From contig NC_068981.1 in the NCBI RefSeq assembly GCF_001194135.2, forward strand, positions 54,815,159 through 54,879,158: a stretch of DNA of 64,000 nucleotides, read 5' to 3'. The stretch is from Octopus bimaculoides. Taxonomy: Eukaryota. The notes beneath the pieces were generated by a model. The model saw only the letters and a list, made by a program, of their open reading frames with translations. It made no database searches and had not been told where the DNA came from. Both the position numbers and the translations under genes were made by a program. Positions 36,571-50,035 of this stretch are shown one piece after another. Numbering within the stretch: the first letter of the stretch is position 1; each line of letters begins with the position of its first letter.

Positions 36571-38730
36571 AATGGTAAGATTGATCATAGTTTCTTTGGC
36601 ATGTTGATAAAGTTAAAAGAGATAACTGGATAATGGGGATTAAGTGTTGGAGATTAGTAAATGATATTGGTTAATGAGCTAAATGTTCAATTGGAACTAT
36701 TGAATAGCTCAATTAATTGGATACAATATGGTTCTAGTGAGGAAGATTGGGAAGATGTTTAGTGCAGAATGTAAGGGCGGCTAATTAGTAAACTTTTAAT
36801 TCATTACCATAACTTAGATACTAATATGATGTAGGATGAGTACTATTTTTTTTTTTCATTTTTCAGTACTGCATTTTTGTGACAAATAGTGTTGTTGGTT
36901 ACAGGTATTTAGTGGGCCAGCCACTGGTTCACTGCATTTCTAACATTGAAAATGACAAGGAAGTATTTGTAACTCAGTGTAGAACAAGTATCACTAGTGG
37001 CTTCATTGAAGAAGCTCTTGTTTTTCAGTTTCTCAATGTTTATGCTATTTGCTGACAAACATCAGGGAATGAAACACACACACACACACAACAAGTTTCT
37101 ACATAGTTTCCATCAACGAAATTTCTCTCAAAAGACATTAGTCAACCTGAGCCATAAGAGAGGACACTTGCTCATGGTAGTCCACATCATCTATATGAGC
37201 AAACATCAGAAGAAAATTGGTTCTTATATCATCTACAGGACCCAGTATTCCCCTTCAGTTTCTTTCTTTACTCTGGCATTCATTAGTATCTACTTTGCAT
37301 GTTTTCTTTTTTTACTTCATTCTCTTTTATACTATTTATACATTATATTTACATCTATAAGTAAATTTTATATAGCTCAAATTTATGACTTCTTTCATGT
37401 ACTACCTAAGCTTCTTGCTAAGCGTATAAGCTTTCTTTGTAAAGTTTCTATCGTTTAAATGTTTTATAGGACAGATTTTGTCAGTTTTCCATTGTCTTAT
37501 TTATAACAATACTAAACCCGAAGCACTCATTGTGCTTTGAACTTCATAGTCTCTACAACAAACTCAAGGAAACAGCAATCATTTCCAAATAATATTTTGT
37601 CCATTATAAAGAATATACACATAAATTTACTTACCCGATACACATCATATCCATAACCCATCTCCTTTATAAAACTGCAGTATAAATATAAAAGAATTGC
37701 CTAAATGTGCACTTAATAACTGCTCTTTGTTTGATACATACAAAATATGGTCTCTCCCTCTCTTAAACAACTCTAACTGAAATCTACCACATCGAAATTA
37801 ATGCAACCTCAAATATTTCTCTTGATTGTAGTTCCTGGGAGAGAAGACTTTATTTTACTATCTCACCTTACCTTAACTTGTTTCTAATGCATGAAAGTAG
37901 GCATCCATAATAAACTCAACAAAGTAATGATTTGCATATTACCCATAGGGTACTGAGCAACAAACTGAGAAATCAGTTTCATACTCTGTCACTAGTGTCC
38001 ATGGCATCACAACAACCCAATCAGTCTAATTGTAAGCAAGTACTTTAGAGTAGTATAATTTGCAAATCTATGCAGTGGTAACACTAAAAATAACGAAGGA
38101 TTTGTTGGTATGCAGTGCTAAATACCATTTTTATCCAGAGGTAAAGTAACCAGTACTAGTGTCCTACCTAGGGAAGATTTATTTCCCTTCTGTTCAATAC
38201 AATAATAATGAGCACTCAGAGAGCACAAACCTCTGTCAAGGCAACACCAACATCTGCTCAACAATTAGCCAGAGATGATTTTTAAAATGAGAATATCTGA
38301 AATAAACTTGGCTGCTCTCACAAACTAAAAATGAATCCGACCGCAGTCAAATGTAAGTGTGACTTATCCAGCAGGGCCAACTCCTAATCTTCCAACCTCT
38401 GTTGAAGTTGTTGTTATGTAAACCCAGTTCACTCTGAAAAGATCTAGATAGAGTGAAATCTGAAGGTGGTTTAACTGTTATTTCTATTATGCCACGTCAC
38501 CATATAGAGTGTCCTTTGTTGGTTTCTCTCTGTATGGCTTACTAGTGTGATGCAACAATAACAGCACTTTATCTTGTTCATGTATTTTAAGTTTGAACCT
38601 ATTAAATATTCCTACAGTTGATAACCCATACATAATACCAAGCAAATTGTTATACATGACACATCCAGAATTCATTAGTTGACAAGGTTTAAGGCCTTCA
38701 TTTAAAATCATTTTAAAAAAATCAGACTCA

Positions 38731-38784
<54 letters not shown>

Positions 38785-38813
38785 ATACATACTATAATAC
38801 ATTCTTGTTCTAG

Positions 38814-38856
38814 GGAGAGAATGCAGAGTCAGATGAACCAGTTTTAGAAATAGAAG
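38814..38856 (+). CDS. NR2C: NR2C short exon (GENAESDEPVLEIE-G)
   Basis: Acceptor ttcttgttctag, donor G|gtaaga. 43 nt, phase 0 to 1, which is required to bridge the flanking exons. Ends in 'E-G', as in TR2/TR4 'EGPLL'. Confidence 0.85.
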
Positions 38857-39271
38857 GTAAGAATCTGTGAATTTCATTCATTAAATTTTTTCATATAGCT
38901 TGGCCTTATTTAATCTGTTTATTTATTTTAAATAGCCTTATATTTCAGAAGAAAGTGATTTTAAATCTTGTTAAAGGTGACTCTGTTTTTCATTCCTTGG
39001 GGTTGATAAATACTGGTTAAAATTTATAGTCATTTAAATCAACTATCATCAAGATTATCATTATGAAAAACCGGGATGTTTATTACACTGTCTGACACAA
39101 TAGTCAGTTCACTAACTGTCCTTTAATGACAACTGAATATACGGTATGAGTGTATGTTTAATTGAATACAAGAGGAACAGCTGCTCTGGTAAAATTGCAT
39201 TTACTGAGGGTTTCAAAGATACTGGTTTACCCTAGGGGATAAATTATGCTTGATGTTGAAATGGTGGGTGT

Positions 39272-40250
39272 TATTCATACTGAAAGTTCTCTATGCACCT
39301 TATATGGGCTTAGTGAGCTCTTTGGTTGTTATTTGAGCCTTTCCTGGTGAGGCCTCATTTTTTATTGCTAAGCAAAACTTGGAATGTATTCTTGGATCTA
39401 AGCAAAATAGAAGCTAGTGTACAAAGAGTGAGATGTAAAAGTCTCTTATATTTGCTCTACTTCTTCCAACTGGATTTTTGCACAAAAACCAGTATGGACT
39501 TGGCCTAATAGAAAAAATGAATGACAAGTCTTACTTAGGTAGAATATTTGTTAGCTCAGCAGATGAAGAATTAGCCAGATATTGACAGTTCAAAGTAGTA
39601 TTGTATTTGAACCACAAAATACTGATTAATGAAGTCAGACTAAACAAAGGTTTATAAAAGGGATCCTAATTGTTGGAAATTAAATATGTCAATATTGGCG
39701 AGGGAAGAGTTTATAGACCAGCTGACAAACTTAAAACAAGAATTGACCAGAAGTAGTAATCATAATAATTAGTGGTGGCAAACTGGCAGAAATGTTAGCA
39801 TGCTGGGCAGAATGCTTAGTGGCATTTTGTCCATCTTTACATTCTGAGTTCAAATTCCACCGAGGTTGGTTTGCCTTTCGTCCTTTCGGGGTTGATAAAG
39901 TAAGTACCAGTTGAGTGCTGGGGTTGATCTAATCAACTTATCCCCACCCCTAAATTGCTGGCCTTGTGCCAAAATTTGAAATAAAAAATTAGTGGTAGTG
40001 ATACTTAAAAAAGAAAATTAAACTGATCTTCAGGAAATGAAAACAAAGTGATTAGAGAGATGAAGTAGAGCAAATGTAAGAAACTTTTACATCTCACTCT
40101 TTGTACACTAGCTTCTATTTTTCTTAGATTTGCATCCAGGAATACATTCCAATCTCTGTCTAGGAATGAAAAATAAGACATAAAATTTAACAACGACCAA
40201 AGAACTCACTAAGCCCATATAAGGTGCATAGAGAACTTTCAGTATGAATA
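39272..40250. repeat. Long inverted repeat (~190-bp arms 39272-39463 and 40062-40250) enclosing a + strand SINE-A (39774-39980); MITE/foldback-like
   Basis: tattcatactgaaagttctctatgcaccttatatgggcttagtgag and tagaagctagtgtacaaagagtgagatgtaaaag each occur as exact reverse complements in the other arm. Confidence 0.85.
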
Positions 40251-41343
40251 TTGGATGACTGGAAGGTGTTGTTGACCATGGCATATGATGAAAAGTGAAT
40301 TATTTGTTTTATATAACTGTTTATAAAGTCTCTAAAGAATGGTGGAATTGATGAACAAACAATAGCATCTTTTTCTTTCAAGGCAAGAATGGTCATATTG
40401 TTGAAAAAGAATGTAAACAAGGGGGAGGTAATTGAAAACCTACTGGATACTGACTTGAAAATTTGACAAAACTATTACAGAAATGATTAGCAGTTGTACT
40501 TTCTAAACTTATTAGTCTCGTGTAAACCCGTTTCTGTAAAAATTATACAAGATAATCTCCGTTTGGATCAAAACAAGACTTCAGTGGGTTTCAATCAATT
40601 GAAAACAGTTAAATGAAACCTCAGGAAACAATTTAACTTTGTAGTACCGGATTGCAATGCTACACGAGAAAGCTTATGCATTAATTTCAATTAAATGAAT
40701 TCAAAATTGAAAACCTGATTTGTCTAGGATGCCAGCATTATATGTACTGATGTTAGACCATTATTATATAGAGTGAAAGTATTAAGGAGATTCCCTTGTT
40801 TGGGTTACTATGTTAGAACTGATAAAACAGATGATATTACCATGGTAACATTTGCTTAGATATGGAATTTGTTAAATTAGAGGGACAAGAAAATGTAGTA
40901 AGAACAAAAATCAACCAGGTGTAGTTTTGGGGAATTTCTTTTAGGCACCTGGAGGAGAAACTCTGGACATTAAAAATATTTTCTAATGGATATAAAATAA
41001 TCAAGCTGTTGTGAGGTTTGATTTGAGGCTGATCTCCAAGTGGACAAGACTTGGATTAATGTATTGGGAAGAATTGCAGCTGGTTCATTGCTAGGCAAAA
41101 GGTACAAGTTTCATTAAAAGGTTAATCAAATTATACATTGTCAAAAATATATTTTTAAGTTCAATAGAACCAGAAAAACAATTGCATGATTTCTTTCTTC
41201 ATAAAATTTTATTGTCTATGCTGTGTAGAAGCATCAAAAGACCAATAGACTAATTTGCATTATAGATTTCTATTTTGATTTTTAATTTTAATTATATGTT
41301 TATTTATTTAATGAAAAATGCTAATTAGTATTTTTCTTCTCAG

Positions 41344-41500
41344 GTAATCTTCTATCTGCAACAAACTTCCTTTTTAATCTAAATACGCCATCACCAATGC
41401 CTGCCTATTTGAATGTCCAGTATATCTGTGAAAGTGCTTCACGACTGCTGTTTCTCTCAATGCACTGGGTCCGCTCAATACCAGCTTTCCAACTCCTCAA
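41344..41500 (+). CDS. NR2C: NR2C LBD exon (GNLLS...TPSPMPAYLNVQYICESASRLLFLSMHWVRSIPAFQLL)
   Basis: Acceptor ttttcttctcag, donor AA|gtaagt. 157 nt, phase 1 to 2. Carries the diagnostic NR2C motif 'PSPMPxYLNVxYIxESASRLLFLSMHW'. Confidence 0.97.
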
Positions 41501-41946
41501 GTAAGTTTCTATCCTTGGATTTCAAAAATAGTTGCTCATGTTTTAAATTACTCTTTCAACATATGAATTCTTAATTTAGTATGTGATAAAATGTGTGAAA
41601 TAGGCTTGACATATCTTTAATATTTATAGTTTAAAGCCTGAACCCTTAATACAGGATATCATTACAGTTTCTTTACTTTTTGTTAGTTTCATCATTTTCG
41701 TAACTGAGTGTGATTTTACAACCCCAAAAACATTAGCCATGTTTTCAGTTTTAGGCAAAACTATTTAATACATTCATAATTTATATTACATGTGAGACCT
41801 TTTATAGCTCTAGATGACATAAGTTTACTGTCAGCTAATCTATAGCATCATCTCTCTCTCTTATATGTATATCATCAGTGGATCATATATCTGAAAGAGA
41901 ATCATGCTCTAAAAGTTAGAGCAGTAATGTATTTACTGGAAGTAAA

Positions 41947-42124
41947 TTATATGGCCAGTTGTAAAGTGACCAATGGTTTCGCATCCATAAAGTGCTGAGC
42001 CTTATAGATGACTTGTCAGACTCCAGTGGCTGTGGATATATAACCATTAGAGACTGACAACTCATCTATAAGGCTAAGTGCTTTATGGATGCAAAATCAT
42101 TGGTCACTATGACTGGCCATATAA
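41947..42124. repeat. ~178-bp hairpin (MITE-like palindrome)
   Basis: Arms 41947-42023 and 42050-42124 are largely complementary around a 26-nt loop, with TA-rich ends. Confidence 0.85.
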
Positions 42125-43141
42125 CTTAATTCCTATATTAATATCAAAAAGTAATATCTCAAAAGTGAATATTCTGTTAGAATAAGCAATACTGTTGTAG
42201 TTACCATGGGAGAAATGTCCATATTGGTTTTTGGCACAAAATGCACTCTTGTACTAGTGAGGAGATAAATCCCTGTCACCTCCAGCACTGAACTCACCAG
42301 ATCACGTGATTTCAGCCTTCTGTGGCCTTGTCAATGATGGTTGCTCAACCAGTATAGATAGCAGCAATTCATCTCTTCCAGCGATATATAGATTAACAGT
42401 GCCAAAATAGGTATTGATGTCATGATTACCAAGTGCGCTTGTTAAAAAATATTTATTAGCAACACAAGCAGTATTAATTGACAACAAATGTTAAAGAGGA
42501 AGATAAAAAATTGCCCCATCAGCGAGAATGCCAGATGCATTTCAACCTTTTCAATGATGTTTTAGTCAATTGCATACACCAGGTTTTTATTCAGCCCAGC
42601 AGCTGTATAAGTGAATGTATTGTTGACTGTTTCCTAAATGGGGAGTGACAGATCATCCAAGCATATGGTTGGCTGTGTGTATAGGACATGTTCATTACAG
42701 ATCTTATCTTAGGATAAATATAGCAGAAACTGGTTCATCCACAGTGTATATACATTAAATAAGATGTGTAGTTGGCTATACATGAATACCCTTTTATATT
42801 TACATTTCCCATATCCCTCCATTTTTGGATCATTGATTATCATTTTATTACCTGAATTCCTTTTTTAAATATGCCATAGTTAATAACTTTTGTTTCACTA
42901 AATTGCATTTTTCTTTTACAAAAAAAAATTCATTTTTCATATAAACTTGAATAGAATCAAATTTTTCTTCTATTATTTTGTTTGCTTGGATTTTCATTCA
43001 GAGTCATTCATTGGAGGATCATACAGATAAATTTCCCCATTGATTAGCTGTTTTAAAATAACCCTTTCTTTATCATGAGTAACATTTTGAAAATAAATTG
43101 ATTTAGAAATTGTCTTTACTTCTATTATTTAACTATTTCAG

Positions 43142-43281
43142 TGCAGATACTCAGATGCTTCTTGTACGGAGTTGTTGGTGTGAAATGTTTGTACTTGGTC
43201 TTGCTCAATGTTCCCAAGCAATGTATCTGTCCACAATACTTGGAGCTATTCTAAATCATCTACAATCACCATTGTCATTTG
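43142..43281 (+). CDS. NR2C: NR2C LBD exon (ADTQMLLVRSCWCEMFVLGLAQCSQAM...)
   Basis: Acceptor ctatttcag, donor G|gtaaat. 140 nt, phase 2 to 1. Carries the LBD helix 4/5 'W.E.F.LGLAQC' motif. Confidence 0.96.
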
Positions 43282-43669
43282 GTAAATATTAAAAAAAAAA
43301 ATTGTTTTTCAGTTTTGATACTTTGATTTTTTTTAGCTTTATACTAACTTTAACTTCCAATTTTTTTATGATGACATGGACTACAATACATTTTGTCGAC
43401 TCATCTATGGAGCTTAGTAGTCTTAAATCTGAACTCATCACTTCCTCCCAATTCTTCTTTGAACTACCTCGACTACTGGTAACTTCTACCATCCTTTTAC
43501 TTCGCTTTTTGATGCACTTCCTTGTCCATTTTTTTTGTTCTATCAAATAGTGTAGTTATCTTGCTCACATATTCTTCTAATACCCTCATAGCACAACTGT
43601 TTACTCAATTGATTTGTGGAGGATCTCTTTGACTCCCATGCCCACCTTTCCTTCATTGGACACTGAACT

Positions 43670-44273
43670 CTGCTTGTGAAGACCTGTTGGGGCAAGTGAA
43701 ATCGAAATCGTAATTGAACCAAATTCGATGACTGGCACCCGTGCCAGTGGAGCGCTAACAGCACTGTCCGAGCGTGATCATTGCCAGAGCAGCTGTCTGG
43801 CTTCCATGCTGGTGGCACATAAATAGCACCATTTGAGCGTGATCATTACCAGCATCACCTTAATGGCACTTGTGCTGGTGGCACATGAAAAAAAATTTGA
43901 GCGAGGTCATTGCCAGTGCCACTGGACTGGCTCCTGTGCAGGTGGCATGTAAAAAACACCATTTGAGCATGACCGTTGCCAGTACCACGTGACTGGCCCT
44001 CGTGCCGGTGACACATAAAAGCACCCACTACACTCTCGGAGTGGTTGGTGTTAGGAAGGGCATCCAGCTGTAGAAACTCTGCAAGGTCGGATTGGAGCCT
44101 GGTGCAGCCATCTGGTTCGCCAGTCCTCNNNNNNNNNNTAGGAAGGGCATCCAGCTGTAGAAACTCTGCAAGGTCGGATTGGAGCCTGGTGCAGCCATCT
44201 GGTTCGCCAGTCCTCAGTCAAATCGTCCAACCCATGCTAGCATGGAAAGCGGACGTTAAACGATGATGATGAT
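43670..44273 (+). mobile_element. RTE 3' UTR/tail fragment with ~65-bp internal tandem repeats
   Basis: Repeated gtgccagtggcac...aaaaagcacca units, then aggaagggcatccagctgtagaaa and (GAT)n. An older minus-strand RTE piece lies at about 43390-43540. Confidence 0.85.
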
Positions 44274-46136
44274 TAGCTGTGGCTGTTTAGTCACTGACGC
44301 TTTGAATTGAGCCTGTGGAGACCTCTGAACAATTAATCATAAAGGATATAATTTGACACAGCTGGCTGAATATTCAGCCTGTTTTTTTGTGGCAATACTT
44401 TTTGGTGCTAGAGGCAAATATGCTTGCATGCACACACAGAAGTGAGAGAGATAAAGACATTACAATTTATCTATTGAACACAATTGATATAAAGACTTTC
44501 TCCTCTTAATACGCATAAAGAGGAACATACTCTCATACACAGAGAGGGAGACAGAAATTGAGAGAAACATTAAAATGTCTGATGCCTAGGAAAACAGCTT
44601 CAAATTAACTATGCAATATAGGCAGCTGTGCCAAAACGTCTCATAGCTAGATTTCCAGTGGATTATAATCAAGTTATGTCTTCAGTTTTAACCTATAGAC
44701 AATGTCTTTGTATTCTTCAGTCATCTGTTGTTATTACCATAAAAACCCATGTAATTTGCACATCTGTATAATTTGCGCAGGTGATTTTCAGGATAAAAAT
44801 TGTTAAAAAAAAGCTTCTACTTGTGTAAAATTTGCACCCAAAAGTTTTCAAAGTTGCTGATATGGCTGAGGGAAAAGGTTTTCAATTTAGTTGTATTTAG
44901 CATAATTTCACTTATGATTAGATTTTATTAAATTTTCATTGACTGAAAATAATTTCTGCTTAACAGGTATCACATTGAAAGCTATTAAATTATGAAGTGT
45001 TTGTGCTGTTTATACTAAACTTTATTTTACATTTCTTGCCCACAAGAGATAATGCTCGATCTTTAGCATACTTCTGTATATCTTCTCATATCAGTTGTTT
45101 TCTTATCAACAAAAACCAAAGCTGATAAATATGCACAAGTGTTGCAAAATAAGCTCAATTACCAATAAACATCAGCTTGGATGACACTTTACTCAACCAA
45201 CAGAGGAAAGTGACTGATCAAACTGATTATATAAACAGAATTCTTATTGGTTGAAAGTGTCTTGTCTCAAGCTCTGATTTTCTGCTTTCTTGTCGGAACT
45301 TTTGATACGGAATATCAAAATTTTAATCCCTTTCACACTTATAAAATGTCAAGTAAACTTAAAAATTTGTCATTACCATTTTAGCTAGGAGACCAAACCA
45401 AAAGTTTGGTAACCCACTAAAATAAACATTAAAAATCGAAAGGAGAAAATAAACAGCTTTGCAAGTTTAACTCAGTGTTTATTGAACAAGAGAGGTGTGA
45501 AATTTAAGAGATATAAACAAGAATAGCAAAAATCTACTATATCAAAAGAACTGGTAATACATACATTACATGTGTTCTAGGAAGAGAACATAAGATTGCT
45601 GCATAATTTAACATGAATGTGAAATGACATTAAACATTGTAAAAGGTAAACGAAGGTTTCTGTAGGAACGCTAAATCATATTCACTTAGTGAGTTTACAT
45701 GTGCAAGGACGAATTAGGTCATCGGCATTAGATACAGTAAAATATGGCCTGACTGATTACCAGCATGAACATCAAACTTCAAAAAGTAGTTAACCATTTC
45801 ATGGTTTTAGTAAATTTATACAGAAAAAGTAAGCATTATACCATCCAGCATAAATAAAAGTCAACTTCATTATATTTTTTCTGTAAAAATGTATTCTAAC
45901 ATTAAATGAGTCAACTTCTGGCACAAATGTTTACATTTCTACATCATTTTTCAACAAAAAACAAAAAAATTTCTAAAAAATTCTGGAAACGATCTACTTA
46001 TGTAATTTATGCACCCTCTTAAGTTTATTTCTGTTTTTGAGAAAAAGTGCATAAATTACATGGGTTTTTACGTTACGCATAGAAACTGAAACTGTCAGTG
46101 TAATCTAATGATGCCCTTTTTTTTTTCATTACACAG

Positions 46137-46159
<23 letters not shown>

Positions 46160-46167
<8 letters not shown>

Positions 46168-46578
46168 TTTCATTCTTTTACTTGTTTCGGTCATTTTAGT
46201 TGCCATGCTGGAACACCACCTTGAAAGGTTTTTAATCAAAAAAAAATCAACCCCAGGACTTACTTGTTAAGCCTTATTCTATCAGTATCATTTGCCAAAC
46301 TGCTAAGTTTTGGGGACATAAACACACCAACACCAGTTACCAAATAGTGATGGGGTTGGGGGATAAACACTGAAAGAAAGACACGTGCATAGAAATATAC
46401 TTATGTTTTTATATATATATACGACAGGCTTCTTTCAGTTTCCATCTACCAAATCCACAAGGCTTTGGTTGACCTGAGGCTATAGTAGAAGACACTTGCC
46501 CAAGTTACCACGCAGTGGGACTGAAGCTGGAACCATGTGGCTGGGAAGCAAGCTTCTTACCACACAGCCATGTCTGTA
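46160..46578 (-). mobile_element. SINE-B, long form with a CR1-like tail
   Basis: Complete head, CORE-like body and tail, co-linear with the 25895-26250 copy. Confidence 0.82.
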
Positions 46579-47654
46579 CCATACACACACACACACCACA
46601 ATGTTTTTATTGTTAGTGTGCTAATTTCAAAACTGATAATCAGAACCATTTTGCTCATGGGCAAATCATATTTTGCTTATCTTGATCTACTGTTGTTTGA
46701 TTGTTATTAGGAAAGCATTCAAATGAGGAACAATATACAAATTTAAAAACAAACAAAAAAAAATGCCAAGCATTGCTGAAATAGAAAAATGTTGTGAAAA
46801 TTGTGCCATGCCCCTGTTTTAAGAGGTTAAAAGTGAGGAGATGAAAAGCAATAATGAAAAGAGATAAAAAAAGAAACTTATGATGGTAAAAAATATTTGG
46901 AATATAGTTAGTCTCTCAAGTAATTTTAGTTCTAAGTTAGAACAAACCAATTCAAGTGAAAAGAAGTGGTAATAAATATTTCTAGTCTTAAGATGCTAAG
47001 ATATATGAAGAATCATAGTGATATATGTAATCGGCTAAAGAATAATTTGATACTTGTTATGAAGCCAGAATGAAATGTTGCTGAGGTAAATTTTAGACTA
47101 AAATTCATATGCTAAGATTCTAGCCTTGAATATGAAGTTTCCTTTTTTGTTTTTGTTTTGTCATGTATCTAATATCTGGGTATAATGATACTGGTTAAAT
47201 ATCCTTAAAAGAACAAACTGCCATAGGACTGTTGCTGCTGTTATTGCTATGACAACCATCATCTGTTGTTATGGGTTACTGCAATCTGCAAAAGATACTT
47301 AGTTCCTCTGTGGATATAATTAAATGATGAGGGAATTGCTTGATAGATAGGTTAAATCATGTGAATCATCACATTTAGCTGCATTTTTATTTATTCATTT
47401 TTTTGTTTTCATATGAAGCTCTTAATAAACGCCATTTCACTTCATTCGCATCATTCTTTTAACAAAGACTATTCTGACCTCTAATAATAGTAGTTCTTAA
47501 TTTAGTTTTGGGTTAATAACTTGAAAGAAAAAAGGACTTCCCTGAGGTTGATTTATCTTTTTGACATATTGCACAAAAATTAACATTATTACTTTCAGAA
47601 AAATCACTTATCTACTTTTATCCATTCTAATTTGTGGTTTTGACAATTTTTCAG

Positions 47655-47792
47655 ATAAAAACAACAGTGAACGAGCCAAATTGGTCACAGAACACATAAT
47701 TAAACTACAGAGTTATGTTCACACAATGGAGAATCTTCAAGTTAACAATACAGAATATGCTTATTTAAAAGCCATGACATTATTTTGTCCTG
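47655..47792 (+). CDS. NR2C: NR2C LBD exon (DKNNSERAKLVTEHIIKLQ...EYAYLKAMTLFCP)
   Basis: Acceptor tttttcag, donor G|gtcagt. 138 nt, phase 1 to 1. Carries the 'EYAYLKA..LF.P' LBD motif. Confidence 0.96.
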
Positions 47793-47968
47793 GTCAGTCA
47801 AACATTTTTTTCAATATAAATTTCTTTAATTTCAAATATTTATTGGCATTAATATGTTAATAAGCATTAAAGAGTTCATTACTCAATCAATTTGCTATTT
47901 AATTAATGTTAATTTATGCAGTATAACTACTGCAAAGCTTTCATGTTGATATTTCAGTTAATTAGCAG

Positions 47969-50035
47969 GGTAGTGAGTTGGCAGAATCATTACCATGCCA
48001 GGTAAAATTCTTAATGGCATTTTGCCCACCTTTATGCCCCAGGTTCAAATCCCACCGAGATTGACTTTGCCTTTCATCCTTTCAGAGTCGCTAAAATAAG
48101 TACCAGTTGATAATGGGGCTTGATATAACCGACTTACCCTCTATACTGATTACCTTTCTCTCATAGCGGAATCACTACCAGAACTAGAGAAGAAATTTCA
48201 GGTATGGAAGCAAGGTTTAGAATCGAAGGGCCTTAGAGTCAATGTTGCAAAAACCGAAGTCCTAGTAAGAAGGATGGTGAACAAATCACAAACCCCTTCA
48301 GGTAGATGGCCCTGCTCGATCTGTAGAAAAGGTGTAGGTGGAAACTCCATAAGATGTACCCATAAGAGGTGCAGCAACATGAAAGGAAGGTTAACCGGGA
48401 AAATAGCTTTTGTGTGCGACAGATGCACAGGGGCAATAAACACTGCAGATGCTCAGAAAACTGATTCCATCACATGCCAGGGGAAGAAACTAGAAGTAGT
48501 TGATAGCTTCCGCTACCTAAGTGACCAAGTCTGTTGTAGGGGTAGATGCTCAGAGAGTATTGCCACTAGAATAAGAATAGCCTGGGCAAAGTTTAGAAAG
48601 CTCCTACCTCTTCTGATGACAAAGAGCCTCTCGCTCAGAGTGAAAGTTAGATTGTATAATGCATGTGTGCGAACTGCCATGCTACGCAGTAGTGAAACAT
48701 GAGCTGTGACTGCTGAAGGCATGCGTAGGCTCGAAAGAAATGAAGCTAGTATGATCCGCTGGATGTGTAATGTCAGTGTGCACACATGACACAGTGTAAG
48801 TACCCTGAGAGAAATGCTGGACATAAGAAGCATCATATGTGGTGTGCAAGAGAGACGTTTGTGCTGGTATGGTCATGTGCTATGTATGGATGAGGAGAGC
48901 TGTGTGAAGAAATGTCACTCCTTAACGGTGGAAGGAACCCATGAAAGAGGGAGACCCAGGAAGACATGGGATGAGGTGGCGAAGCATGACCTTTGAACGT
49001 TAGGCCTCACAGAGGCAATGACAAAAGACCGAGACCTCTGGAGANNNNNNNNNNGTGTGCGAACTGCCATGCTACGCAGTAGTGAAACATGAGCTGTGAC
49101 TGCTGAAGGCATGCGTAGGCTCGAAAGAAATGAAGCTAGTATGATCCGCTGGATGTGTAATGTCAGTGTGCACACATGACACAGTGTAAGTACCCTGAGA
49201 GAAATGCTGGACATAAGAAGCATCATATGTGGTGTGCAAGAGAGACGTTTGTGCTGGTATGGTCATGTGCTATGTATGGATGAGGAGAGCTGTGTGAAGA
49301 AATGTCACTCCTTAACGGTGGAAGGAACCCATGAAAGAGGGAGACCCAGGAAGACATGGGATGAGGTGGCGAAGCATGACCTTTGAACGTTAGGCCTCAC
49401 AGAGGCAATGACAAAAGACCGAGACCTCTGGAGATATGCTGTGATTGAGAAGACCCGGCAAGCAAAGTGAGCTCACAGCTGTAGTCTACACCAGTGTCGC
49501 ATAACCAGCCCATTTAAAAACTACCTTTGAATCATCAGGTGACATACCATGCTTGAGAAGACCTATTGAGTCAAGTAAATCAAAATCAAATCAAATCAAA
49601 ATTGTAGTTGTGGTCGATACCAGTGCCTCCTGACTGGCTCCCGTGCTGGTGGGATGCAATAAGCACCATTCATGCATGGGTCATTGCCAGTGCTGCCTGA
49701 CTGGCTCCCTGTGCCAGTGACATGTAAAAAGCATGATCCGAATGTGATCAATGCCAATACCCCTGTTCTGACTGACTCCTGTGCCAGTGGCACGTAAATA
49801 GCACCATCCGAACGTGGCTGATGCCAGTGCCACCTAACTGGCTCCCATGCCAGTGGCATGTAAAAAGCACCCACTACACTCTTGAGTGGTTGGCATTAGG
49901 AAGGGCATCCAGCTGTAGAAACATTGCTAAATCATATTGAAGTCTGGTGTGACCTCCTGGCTTGCCAGTCCCCAGTCAAACCATCCATCCCATGCCAGCG
50001 TGGAAAATGGATGTTAAACGATGATGATGATGATG
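47969..50035 (+). mobile_element. SINE-A 5' part (47969-48140) fused to a 5'-truncated RTE LINE (48139-50035)
   Basis: Frame 48139-48702 is open: 'LYTDYLSLIAES...GLRVNVAKT...CSICRKGVG...HKRCS...CDRC...FRYLSDQ'. The YADD motif is decayed. Ends in (GAT)n. Confidence 0.9.

Noticed and set aside
44052-44215. Exact 77-bp duplication in the RTE tail
   Set aside because: It also flanks a 10-N gap; assembly artefact.
48665-49434. Exact 380-bp tandem duplication in the RTE copy (48665-49044 and 49055-49434)
   Set aside because: The identical copies flank a 10-N gap, which indicates unmerged contig overlap (assembly artefact).
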